Shown here in pieces: positions 51,269 through 62,165 of a DNA stretch of 64,000 bases. Numbering within the stretch: the first letter of the stretch is position 1; every line of letters begins with the position of its first letter. The stretch comes from Chiloscyllium plagiosum (Eukaryota). The position numbers and the translations under genes were made by a program. The stretch lies in contig NC_057720.1 of assembly GCF_004010195.1 (NCBI RefSeq), forward strand, positions 23,908,458 to 23,972,457, written 5' to 3'. The notes beneath the pieces were generated by a model. That model saw nothing but the letters and a program-made list of their open reading frames with translations, searched no databases and was not told the origin of the DNA.

Positions 51269-54200
51269 ATTGACCTCAAGGCTGGGGAATTGGACAGGAA
51301 TAGTTGCACACTAGGGCTACCTGCCTTGAGAACTTTAAATCTCTGTATCGTCTCAATTATTTACCAATTAGGGGTTTCAATCTGCCTCAAGATTTTGTAG
51401 AAGTGTCTCCTAATGAGACTCACATCTCATTTTGTCTGGTAACTCTCCTGTAAAATACCTCAGTATATTTCACTACATTAATGTGTTACAGTACAGATCA
51501 TGTACGTGAGTGATATTAGAGAAAGGAATTTTATCATGACCTGTGAGCATAGTTCACAATATAAATTCCTTTAAATATTGAGTAAATCATAATTAATAGG
51601 AAAGAGAAAGAAGTGATAATAGTAGATGTGGGTCCCTCATCAACACTCAACATTCCAGTTTTTGGTTTCCTTTTCGATCTTGTCAGACCAAATGTGAAGT
51701 TCCTATTGTCAGACTCATAGCATTTGTACATGTTTAAGTGTCACTTTTATTCCTAAGCTTGGAGAGAACAAAGCAGCAAAAAAAAAGTGGCAGATAAAAG
51801 TGACTGACAGTACCAAGTGACAGGGCTTTAATGGTGGGGGTGGAAATCATGTAGTTGTGTTATCAATCTATCAGCTGGTGCTTGTTTATAAAATATATAG
51901 AGACAGTTTGAAGGGAAAAGCTGATTGACACGATGCCAAAGCATAGGAAGCTAATTTAGGAGAAAAGCAATTTGCTAATTGCCTTTGACTGCCAGTGCGT
52001 GTCGTGCAGCAGAAGACAGCTGTCAAGCCAAAGGATAGCAAAGCAAGTTTGAGCATTCTGCATAAAAGACTGGAATGGATTTGGGCACTGATTCATGCAG
52101 TCAGGAATGGTGTGGAGGTGGCTGATTGTGGGGGGGGGTTCAATTTGACGCTACAAATTGTTCACCGGTGGTGGTGAAATCCAGCAGCCAACCTGTGGCC
52201 TCGGCTGAGTTCTTGATTAGCCCAGAGGTCTTATTATATTCACGATGTGAAGTCATACAGAAATTTTCCATGTACAAAGAATTTTCTTCGCCTCTTTTGT
52301 GGACTGATCTGCACAAGTAAGAGCACAGCTGGGTAAGAATGAAAGTGTTTCCTAAATTAAGAACATGCAGGCAGCTCCTCTTATAGGACTGCATTATTAG
52401 AAGTTTATTTTTGAGGAAGTTTTGATATAAAACCATCTTTCCATACGTTTGTTCCATATATGGCTGCTTCTATTTTAAATGGATCAAAGTAAAAGCATAG
52501 ACTGTGTTATTTTCATCTTGTAGTAATCTTTTAATTATGCATAATCTTGTCAGAAACTCAGCATTAAGTGCTTGTAATACAGTTCCGTAGGGTATGAACC
52601 AGACGTTCAAGGTTTAATGTTTGCAATGCAATGACACTTTCACAAGTGAAGGGCGATACTTTGACAATGTTGGAAGTTGATTAAGGCTCTTTGGGAAGTT
52701 TCTCCTAAACAGGCAGTTTAGAAAAACTTTGTGCATTCTTATATTCCAATGGTATCCCACCTCAGAGCAATCAACAAAAAATGCATTCATACTGCACCTT
52801 ATTGCCCCTCTAAGTATCCTTAACTCAGAAGCAAACTATTTTTTAAAAATACAGTCACTGATGTTGTATAAAAAACTAGCAATCAGTTTAATTATCAGAA
52901 GATTCCACAGATAGCAAATGAGGTGAACAGCCAGCTATAGCACAGAGTAATAGCACTGACTCTGAGAGAAAATTTTGAAGAGGATGTTACTTTCTACTAT
53001 TCATCAGAGGGTGTTAATGAATTTGTTCACCCCCTGCCTGAATCACCAGAAAAGCATAATTTGAAGGGCTACATTGGTTCAGGAAACCTAAGGCCCCAAG
53101 AAGCATAATACCCAATGGGAAATTTAAGTAGGGCTCTTAATTGTACTATGAGGATGATGATTCAGATGTTCCACCTTGCCAGAACTCCCAGATGACATGT
53201 TACCCGTTATCATGAAAAATATTCGCAAATAGATTTGGGATGTTTGTCCCCACCTCCAACAGCCAACACATCCACCAGCCAGCCCTCATCAACCACAACC
53301 AATGTATCCACCTCTCAACCGCTCCTTCCCCTCTTGGGGTCATTAATAGTGAGGTCACAGTTTCTTCCAAAAGGACTGAAAACTTTTCTGACAATTTGTA
53401 TATTCCTCAGCAGTGTGTTGAAATGTCAGCTGAATGACTGACGTTAAATTCTGGAGTGAGGATAGAACCTCCTGCCTCTGAAATGACTTGCACTGCCAGG
53501 TATGAGGAAAGATAATAAAAATTGAATAGTTAATAAGCACATTTGAACATTCTGGTGCATTCATCTGATGCTGAATTCTCAAATCCAGATAGGAATCACT
53601 TACACATTATGAGCTCAAATACATTATCCTCCAATTTGATTTGGGCAAAAAAAAAGCCTGTAGCTAAGGCCGACGTTTGTAGTACTTAGTCCTCAGCATA
53701 TTAAAACTTGTGGCTTAACAGCTATGTTTTATGCAGTGTGTTTTAATAGCTGCTCCAGACTAAAGTGAAAACCAGTTTCAGCAGAGGTAGAAATCACATG
53801 GCTGTAAGAAGTCCAGCCAGAATTCTGTGTACAAATGCTCAACGGTTTGGGATACATTTTGCAAATCAGAGTTGTCTTTAACACGGCTTGTGCTGTCTAA
53901 CCAGCAACACTCAGGAAAGACAGGCATACAGTAACAAGTTGATACTGACGGAACATTGGAACGAAAATGCTTTAAACATACAGACTTGAATATGGAACCA
54001 GGAAATGCAGAAGAAAAATAAAATGAAGGACTATGGGGATGTCCGTCTATGTTGAAAGATTCTTACAAAGGGGACACAGTGAACAAAATGGTCTCCCTAA
54101 TATATATTTTAACCTTGAATGATGATCAAAAGTACAATCATGATCATTTTTACTGGTTGGTACATCAAGCAAAATTGAAAGGAGCATAGTTATTACATTA

Positions 54201-54581
54201 TACATTACTACCCAGATTAATATTTCCCCATGGTGAGGAGTTAGTTGCTTACTTATTACCAATTTGATGGAAATTTTTATTTTATTTTTCATTGTTGTTC
54301 AGGCTGGGTACAGTATACATTTCAAGTTCTTAACACTCCTTGAACACTCAGCTGTGCGGAAGCATACTGTAGGCTGTTAGGAGTGTTCCACCTGCTATTG
54401 GAATTAGTCAAATGATACACACTCTAAGGTTGCAAACAATTTTCACCCAAAACTATTATTTGTACCCTAGTTTGCTTAGTGTGCAACAATCAGGTGGATG
54501 CTGTAAGCCTTTGGAGGAAAGTAAATTTTAAAATGGAAATGACAAAATTATGCAGAAACTGTTCTTCTTTTTAAAAGTATA

Positions 54582-56046
54582 GTCCATCTTCTGTAATTAC
54601 ACCGGCACCACTCCCCACCTCTTCCTCCGCTACACTGATGACTGCATTGGCGCCACCTCGTGCTCCCGCGAGGAGGTTGAGCAATTCATCAACTTCACCA
54701 GCACATTCCACCCTGACCTTAAATTTACCTGGACCATCTCTGACACCTCCCTCCCCTTCCTGGACCTCTCCATCTCCATTAATGACGACCAACTTGACAC
54801 CGACATGTTTTACAAACCCACTGACTCCCACAGCTACCTGGATTACACCTCTTCCCACCCTACCTCCTGCAAAATTGCCATCCCATATTCCCAATTCGTC
54901 CGCCTCCACCGTATCTGCTCCCAGGAGGACCAGTTCCACCACAGAACACACCAGATGGCCTCCTTCTTTAGAGACCGCAATTTCCCTTCCCACGTGGTTA
55001 CAGATGCCCTCCAACGCATCTTGTCTACATCCCGCACCTCCGCTCTCAGACCCCACCCCTCCAACCGTAACAAGGACAGAACGCCCCTGGTGCTTACCTT
55101 CCACCCTACCAACCTTCTCATAAATCAAATCATCCACCGACATTTCCGCCACTTCCAAGCGGACCCCACTACCAGGGATATATTTCCCTCCCCACCCCTT
55201 TTTGCCTTCCGCAAAGACCATTCCCTCCGTGACTACCTGGTCAAGTCCACACCCTCCTGCAACCCAAACTCCCGTCCTGGCACCTTCCCCTGCCACCGCA
55301 GGAATTGTAAAACCTGCGCCCATACCTCCTCCCTCACCTCTATCCAAGGCCCTAAAGGAGCCTTCCACATCCATCAAAGTTTTACTTGCACATCCACCAA
55401 TATCATTTATGGTTTCCGTTGCTCCCGATGCAGTCTCCTTAACACTGGGGAGACTGGACGCCTCCTTGCAGAGTGCTTTAGGGAATATCTCTGGGACACC
55501 TGCACCAATTAACCACACCGCCCTGTGGCCCAACATTTCAACTTCCCCTCCCACTCTGCGGAGGAAATGGAGGTCCTGGGCCTCCTTCACCTCCACTCCC
55601 TCACCACCTGACGCCTGGAGGAAGAACGCCCCATCGTCCGCCTCGGAACACTTCAACCCCAGGGCATCAATGTGGACTTTAACAGTTTCCTCATTTCCCC
55701 TTCCCCCACCTCATCCCAGTTCCAAACTTCCAGCTCAGCACTGTCCCCATGACTTGTCCTACCTGCCTATCTTCTTTTCCACCTATCCACTCCACCTTCC
55801 TCTCTGACCTATCACCTTCATCCCCTCCCACACTCACCTATTGTACTCTATGCTACTTTCTCCCCACCCCCACCCTCCTCTCATTTATCTCTCCAACCTT
55901 CAGGCACTCTGCCTGTATTCCTGATGAAGGGCTTTTGCCCGAAACGTTGATTTTCCTGCTCCTTGGATGCTGCCTGAACTGCTGGGCTTTTCCAGCACCA
56001 CTAATCCAGAATCTGGTTTCCAGCATCTGCAGTCATTGTTTTTACC
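54582..56046 (+). mobile_element. Penelope-like element, 5'-truncated: RT C-terminus, GIY-YIG and pLTR; 10-bp TSD
   Basis: Frame open from 54583 to 55512: LFLRYTDDCIG...LPFLD...YKPTDSHSYLDYTSSHP...IPYSQFVRLHRICS...CHRRNCKTC...NIIY...TGETGR. Premature stops follow. TSD taaaagtata at 54572-54581 and 56047-56056. Confidence 0.95.
55916..55951 (+). ncRNA. Minimal hammerhead ribozyme motif in the PLE pLTR (family A)
   Basis: tattc CTGATGA (55921-55927) a gggc tttt gccc GAAA (55941-55944) cgtt gat; in the sense orientation of the PLE ORF. Confidence 0.8.
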
Positions 56047-56748
56047 TAAAAGTATAAATCATTCTAGCTGAAAAAAAACCCACTGATTTCTGTATTAATT
56101 CACTACTTATTTAAAGGTCCTGGCCATAAAGAAAGAAATATCTAAGAAAATCAATTGAAGTCGAGTACAGAGGCTGATGTGGCCCAAAAATAGAAGCACA
56201 GGCCATTGTGTCATTTCTCCAGCCTGCAATGCAGACAAAGCTGGGAAGGCTGAGGCAGCAATCCCATTTATTTCCTCACTGAGGCCTATTAAAGAATTTG
56301 AAAAGCTTGCGAAGAGCTTGTTGTTTGGATGGTTGTAAATTTGTAGAGGTGCACAGATTACAGAGAGTGGCTGTTGCATATCAGCTGAAGGGAGACTGAT
56401 AAAGACTAGGAAGCCAATTATAGATGCACCCAGGCATTGGTTTAACCCTTTAAGAGGATTAGTGGGGCAAAGACAAACTGTATTTTGTAAGGGGGTTCCC
56501 TTGATGGAGGGAAGAGTGGGCTCTTGGTGAAGGTTACTATATGGTTATAACCTTGTATAGGTTAGGTGTCCGGAAGCAAGGCAGCCAGGCACAATTGGTC
56601 AACCACCAGCCCAGAAAGGAACTTCTGTCCAATTTTCAGTCCAGTGATGTGGGGCACGACCCATCACGGTTAAGATGGAACCCAAGTAACAGGACGAGCA
56701 CAGGTGAAGAAAGATGACAGGAAGCCAATAGAGACTAATACCTCAAGT

Positions 56749-56940
56749 AGGATCTACTGCCAAAGATTGAGCTACCTGGAGATGCCCGAGGTCCAGGAGA
56801 ATATGGCTCACTGACTTGCTGCCAAAGACCTTGAACCTCACAGCGCTGGTCACCATGCCCTGCCAGTGACAGTAAAAGTACAACCTCTCTGCATCATATA
56901 TATGCATACATACATGTATATATTTCACAACAGATTCCAC
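56749..56940 (+). pseudogene. PIF/Harbinger (HARBI1-like) transposase relic
   Basis: Translates RIYCQRLSYLEMPEVQ...*...DLEPHSAGHHALPVTVKV...FTTDS, resembling the N-terminal region of Harbinger transposases. It has a stop, an apparent deletion and a TA-rich insertion. Confidence 0.5.
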
Positions 56941-57295
56941 AGGCATTGAGTTTCTGGGGAATTCCTGGATTACTATAGTTTCAGGGCAACAATGTTTGCG
57001 CCAATATAGCCATCACAGCTTTGAGTGACTGGCCAATCAGATTCATCAGCAGGAAGGGTTCTCTTGTGTTCAGCTGGTCTGCAATTACAGTCAGAGTTTC
57101 CTCCACCTCTGTGCTTGTTTTCCTGATAACTGCAAAGGCTTCTTCAACTTCCATGCATCCACCATCTGGTGCCAAGTTGGGCCTTGAATTCCTTCACTCA
57201 CAGCACCATTGTTGTTGGGATGCTATTTAGGTTTCTCCCCCATTCCTACAGTCAAATTGTTGGGCTGGCCTTTCCCTTTCCACCATGTACTAATG

Positions 57296-57402
57296 CGGTG
57301 GTCATTCCTGAAGAAGGGCTTATGCCTGAAACGTCGATTTTCCTGCTCCTCAGATGCTGCCTAGCCTGCTGTGTTTTTCCAGCAACACATTTTTCAACAC
57401 TG
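57296..57402 (+). mobile_element. PLE family A pLTR fragment with hammerhead motif (57305-57338), 10-bp TSD
   Basis: CTGAAGAagggcttatgcctGAAAcgtc; tgtactaatg at 57286-57295 and 57403-57412. Confidence 0.85.
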
Positions 57403-58049
57403 TGTACTAATGTCAAGTTTAATGACTGAACGTTAACAGGTCTTATTGAACAAAACTATTGACAAACAGTGAAAAGGGAGGACGTCTCTGGAACCCTACA
57501 AACTCAAGTTCCAGCTCTCTGTGTGGCCCGACATCAATGTAACACTAAAAGCAAAGTACTTTGGAGCTGGAGATCTGAAAAATAAACAGAAAATCTGGCT
57601 GCATTTATGGAGGAAGAAACAGAATTAACATTTCAGGTCCAATACGACTGTTTTTGGAACTTAGTCCTAAGAAGCTCTTGTGGTCCAAATTCGATCTCAT
57701 TCAATGCCTTAACACGTGATAAAGAGCTTTGACGTTGTTCCTCCCTCCCTCCTGAACTTATCCCTTCATCTAATCCCACCTGGCATTATATACATTCACT
57801 CCTCATTATCCATTGATTAACTCCTTGTGGATCCACATACTTACAAACTTGGCCCCAGCCCCAACCTTTTTTATTTTTCATTGATTTGTCCAAACTGGCT
57901 GCATTTCATGGTATGTAAGAGAGTTGCATTGTGTTTTTGTAATTCTTGTTGATGTCCCTATTCCCTGCGAATAACGGGAATGAAGTGTTTTCATTATCCC
58001 TCTGACCTTCTGCTCTCAAATGCTGAATGATCTACCAACTTGGTTAGAT

Positions 58050-58340
58050 TAAAAAAAACTGCAGATGCTGGGTCCTGAAGAAGGGTTACACCTGAAACGG
58101 AGGCTTCTCCACCTCCTGGTGTTGCCTGGTTTGCTGTGTTCTTCCAGGAGAAAGTGAGGACTGCAGATGCTGGAGATCAGAGTCGAGAGTGTGTTGCTGG
58201 AAAAGCCCAGTAGGTCAGGCAGCATCCGAGGAGCAGGAGAATTGACAGTTTGGGCATAAGCACCCTTCATCAGGAATGACTGATGAAGGGCTTATGCCCG
58301 AAACGTCAATTCTCCTGCTGTGTGCTCTTCCAGCCTCCTG
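58050..58340. mobile_element. Nested pLTR elements: a family A palindrome (~58147-58316) inside a family D pLTR
   Basis: Family D: gtcCTGAAGAagggttacacctGAAAc at 58072. Family A has divergent hammerheads around cccttcatcaggaatgactgatgaaggg; the plus copy is CTGATGA (58280-58286) agggcttatgcccGAAAcgtc. tgctgtgt..tcttccag is repeated on both sides. Confidence 0.82.
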
Positions 58341-60171
58341 CATGGCGAATGATCTGCCAACATCAGAGGACTTTATCTCTTTACACCCCATTTCAATTAT
58401 GTTTGGGCACAATTTGATTTTTTAAATTATGTCAAAGCCGTTTATGCACGTGCTCAGCAGTTTTTCTCAAGGATACAGTTGACTCTTTAATCCACATGGT
58501 GTAGTTATGTGCTTTAAAACTGGAATTTCATATTATAAAATGGTGTGCCCCACGTGGTTTACTGCACCAGTTCCCAAAGCTGCCAAAAGCAACATAACCT
58601 TCTGAAATGCAAAGTTTCACAATCTGTTCAATGTTCTCCAATGTACTATGCAACCAAACTGCCCTTGGAATCTAAACTTCAGCAGTTTCAACTCATTCTG
58701 TGCATTTCTGAGTGGATCAAATGGCAATTTTTAGATTTTACCAAAGAGGAATTGAGGGTTGTAAAATTGAAATGAATCACCAACGTTTTCTCTCAATTCC
58801 AGCACTTGCATCTGCCATGTTTATGCTCCATATACACACACATCTCTGACTTGAAAATAATCAAAGTTAGGAAACTCCTGGACTGTAAATGAAAGTAAAT
58901 TTCCAAGTTTTAGCAACAAGATGATTGCAAATGTTTAAATCTATTTCTGCATAGATTTGATTTTTTTTTTCCTACTCCCACTTGACCTTTCTGATCATTA
59001 AGGGAAATTCCTATGAGAATTACCAGAGTATGAGTGTTCCATCAAGCGGAATTATCAAAGTAGAGATCATTGCATTTTTAAAGTAAGTAGTAAATGAGCA
59101 GTTGAGGCAAAGGGCTTTGAAGTGTTTGAGCAGGGAGGAAGAGATCATTTTGCATTTTAAAGAGTTGACTCAAATCAGGCAGGCTAATGGCCATTGTTTT
59201 GCTGTATATCTCATGATGCCCTCTAATCTAGTTCAGAAAACAAAAGAACCAAGTTAAGATCAAGGATACTTGATAGTAACTGATTTCTTAACAGTAATTT
59301 ACAATATTGATTTGATTTGATTAAATCACACTACATTAAGTAGATATCTGTGTGACCAAGGTATATATCTCAAAGGCCAGTATTGCTTGCCTTGGTATAA
59401 TCATCAATTCATCCAATCCCCTAATCTTTATTTAATAGAGAAAGGTGACCTCCTAATGAAAGGTTGGTTTAACCTGCCAAATCTATGTTCAGTATTTTTT
59501 AGAAGTTTTCTTGGGGCCTTCAAAATTCACAGGACATAATCATCATCATGTTTTGAGCTCTAGAGTACAGAGATGGGGATAAAAGAGTGAATTAGGAGAT
59601 AATTCTTGAATCTTACCGCATTTAACTAATGCCAACCAAATGAAAAATCTGATATAAAATCAAAAAATACTGGACCTGCTCAACAGGTCTTGCAGCATCT
59701 GAGACAAGAGCAAATAAGACAGTGCTTCATTTTACATTCCTTAACAGAATATTTAAACGCAAGGGAGGGTCGTTGTAAAATCCCCCACTTAACTCCCACC
59801 ATCTGATCTGTATGAAGTTCGGCAGGAAGCATTGTAGAAGTACCCTGCCCACCCTTGGGCCTGTTGAGGACTGACCCTTATCCTAAAATAAAACAACAGA
59901 CTGTGAATGTTGAAGATCTGAAACAAAGACTGTGAAGTGTTGGAGAACCTCATCTGGCGGCATCTGTGGAGGGAGAAACAGTTAAAGTTTCAAATCCAGT
60001 CACCCATCATCAGACAATGGCCATCATTCTTCTTTTCAGCCTGAGCAGGGATGGGGATCATGGCTGTAAAATCCAGCCCCGAATTACCGTTCCTGAAATG
60101 AGATCTTTCAGAAGAACGCAAGTTGAAACTCTCTATGGTAGATTGCTCCAAAAGGTGCTCTCTTACTGCAG

Positions 60172-61230
60172 TTGCATGGTTAGTAAGTTTGCAGATGACA
60201 CCAAGATTGGTGATATAGTGGACAGTAAAGATGATTATCTGAGATTACAAAGAGACCTTGATCAATTGAGCTGAAGAGTGGCAGATGGAGTTTAATTTGG
60301 ATAAAAGTGAGGTATTGCATTTTGGTAAAACAAACAAGGGCAGGACTTATATAATTGAAAGTAGGATCTAGGATAGTGTTGTTGAACAGAGAGACCTGGG
60401 GTTTCAGGTAATTCTTTGAAGCTTGCATCACATATAGACAGGATGGTTAAGAAGATATTTAACACACTTTGGAGATGGTGTTGGACTGGGGTGTACAAAG
60501 TTAAAAATCACACAACACCAGGTTATAGTCCAACAGGTTTAATTGGAAGCACAGTAGCTTTCGGAGCACCACTCCTTCATCAGGTGGTTGTGAACAACCT
60601 TATGTGATTTTTAACTTTTAACACACTTGCCTTTATTGCTTCAAACTTTTGAGTAAAGGAGTTGGGATGTTATGTTAAGATTGTACAAGACATTATGAGG
60701 CCTCTTTTGGAGTACTGTGTCCAGCGCTGGTCACCCTGTTATAGGAGGGATATTAATAAGTGATAGAGGGTTCAGAGGATTTTAATCAAGACGTTGCCAG
60801 GAATGGAGGTTTGAGTTATGGGGAGAGGCTGGACAGGCCAGATGTTTTTCACTGGAGCGTAGGAGGTTGAGAGGTGACCTTATTGAGGTTTATAAAATCA
60901 TGGGGGGTATAGATAAGATGAATGTCAGGTGAGTTTTCCCAAGGTGGAGAATTTCAAGTGTAGGGGGCATATTTTTAAGATGAGAGGAGAAAGATTTAAA
61001 AAAGACGTGAAGGGTAATTCTTTTACACACAGAGGAATGTGGGTACAGTTACAACATTTAAAAGACATTTAAATAGCTACATGAACAGAAATGTTTGGAG
61101 GGTTATGGGCCAAGCACAGGGAGGTGGGACTAGTTTAGTTTGGGATTATGGTCAGCATGCGCTGGTTGGACCAAAGGGTCTGTTTCCGTGCTGTATGACT
61201 CTATGACTCCATTACTCTATGAGTCTATAA
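60172..61230 (+). mobile_element. CR1 LINE 3' part
   Basis: MVSKFADDTKIGDIVDS...; tail gtatgactctatgactc. Confidence 0.9.
60470..60616 (-). mobile_element. Short PLE pLTR element (family C) with intact hammerhead motif (60554-60586, minus), 12-bp TSD
   Basis: Reverse complement cac CTGATGA a ggag tggtg ctcc GAAA gcta. TSD tttaacacactt at 60458-60469 and 60617-60628. Short inverted arm tgtgatttttaacttt. Confidence 0.85.
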
Positions 61231-61299
61231 CTCATTTAAAATACAAATTGTACAAGAATCTGTCGGCCTGATTTTCTTCAGTCACCTATCACTTTATGG

Positions 61300-62165
61300 T
61301 TGGACCACAACAGATGTTATTTGTCCTGTTCTCGTCACCACATTTATATGAAAGACATAATTGCTCGAGAGAGGAAATTTACAAGAATGTTAACAGGGAA
61401 TGAATATTGTAATGGTGAGGAAAGGTTGGATGGGCTGTGGCTGATTTCCTTAGTGTGGAGGTGCTGCTGTTGGACAGGGGTGGGCAAAGTTAAAAATCAC
61501 ACAACACCAGGTTATAGCCCAACAGGTTTATTTGGAAGCACTAGCTTTCAAAACGCTGCTCCTTCATCAGGTAGCTGTGGAGCAGGATCATAAGACACAG
61601 AATTCATAGTAAATCATTACAGTGTCACGCAATCATTTCAGTTGTAACCTTTTGCTATAAATCCTGTGTCTTATGATCCTGCTCCACAGCTACCTGATGA
61701 AGGAGCAGCGCACTGAAAGCTAGTATTGCCAAACAAACCTGTTGGACTATAACCTGGCGTTATGTGATTTACAACTGTTTTCCTTAGAACAGAGGAAGCA
61801 GTGGGGTGACATAACTGAGGTGTAGAACATTATAAGAGACTTAAAAAGAGGGAGGTGGAGAGGCCAGTTACCAGGGACACAGACTTAAGGTGATTTGTAG
61901 AAAGATTAAATGGGGCATGAGGAAAAGTGAGTTCACTCAGAGGGTGGAGGGTGTCTTGAATTAGCTGTCTGAATTTGCGATTGAAGTGGAAACTCTCATT
62001 CATTTAAAAGGAATGAGGATGTGCAGTTCAAATGTTATAACCAACAAGATTATGGACTAAGTGCTTGAAGGTGAGATTAGAAAAGCTGGCTAGTTTTAAT
62101 CAGGTGGCACACACAATGGACCGAATGGCTTCTTCTTGTCTGTAATATTTCTGTGCCTCTATGGA
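61300..62165 (+). mobile_element. Old CR1 LINE 3' fragment
   Basis: RKFTRMLTG...EERLDGL, then ttcactcagagggtggagggtgtcttgaa and tggaccgaatggcttcttct. Confidence 0.75.
61454..61778. mobile_element. Palindromic pLTR element (family C) with two divergent hammerhead motifs, 9-bp TSD
   Basis: TSD tttccttag at 61445-61453 and 61779-61787. Arms ~61488-61600 and ~61664-61775 are inverted. Minus-strand motif ~61540-61575; plus-strand tacCTGATGA (61694-61700) aggagcagcgcactGAAAgctagta. Confidence 0.88.

Noticed and set aside
54571..55656. 361-aa minus-strand ORF (longest non-gap ORF)
   Set aside because: Antisense shadow of the C-rich PLE coding strand; Gly/Val/Glu-biased with no recognisable domain.
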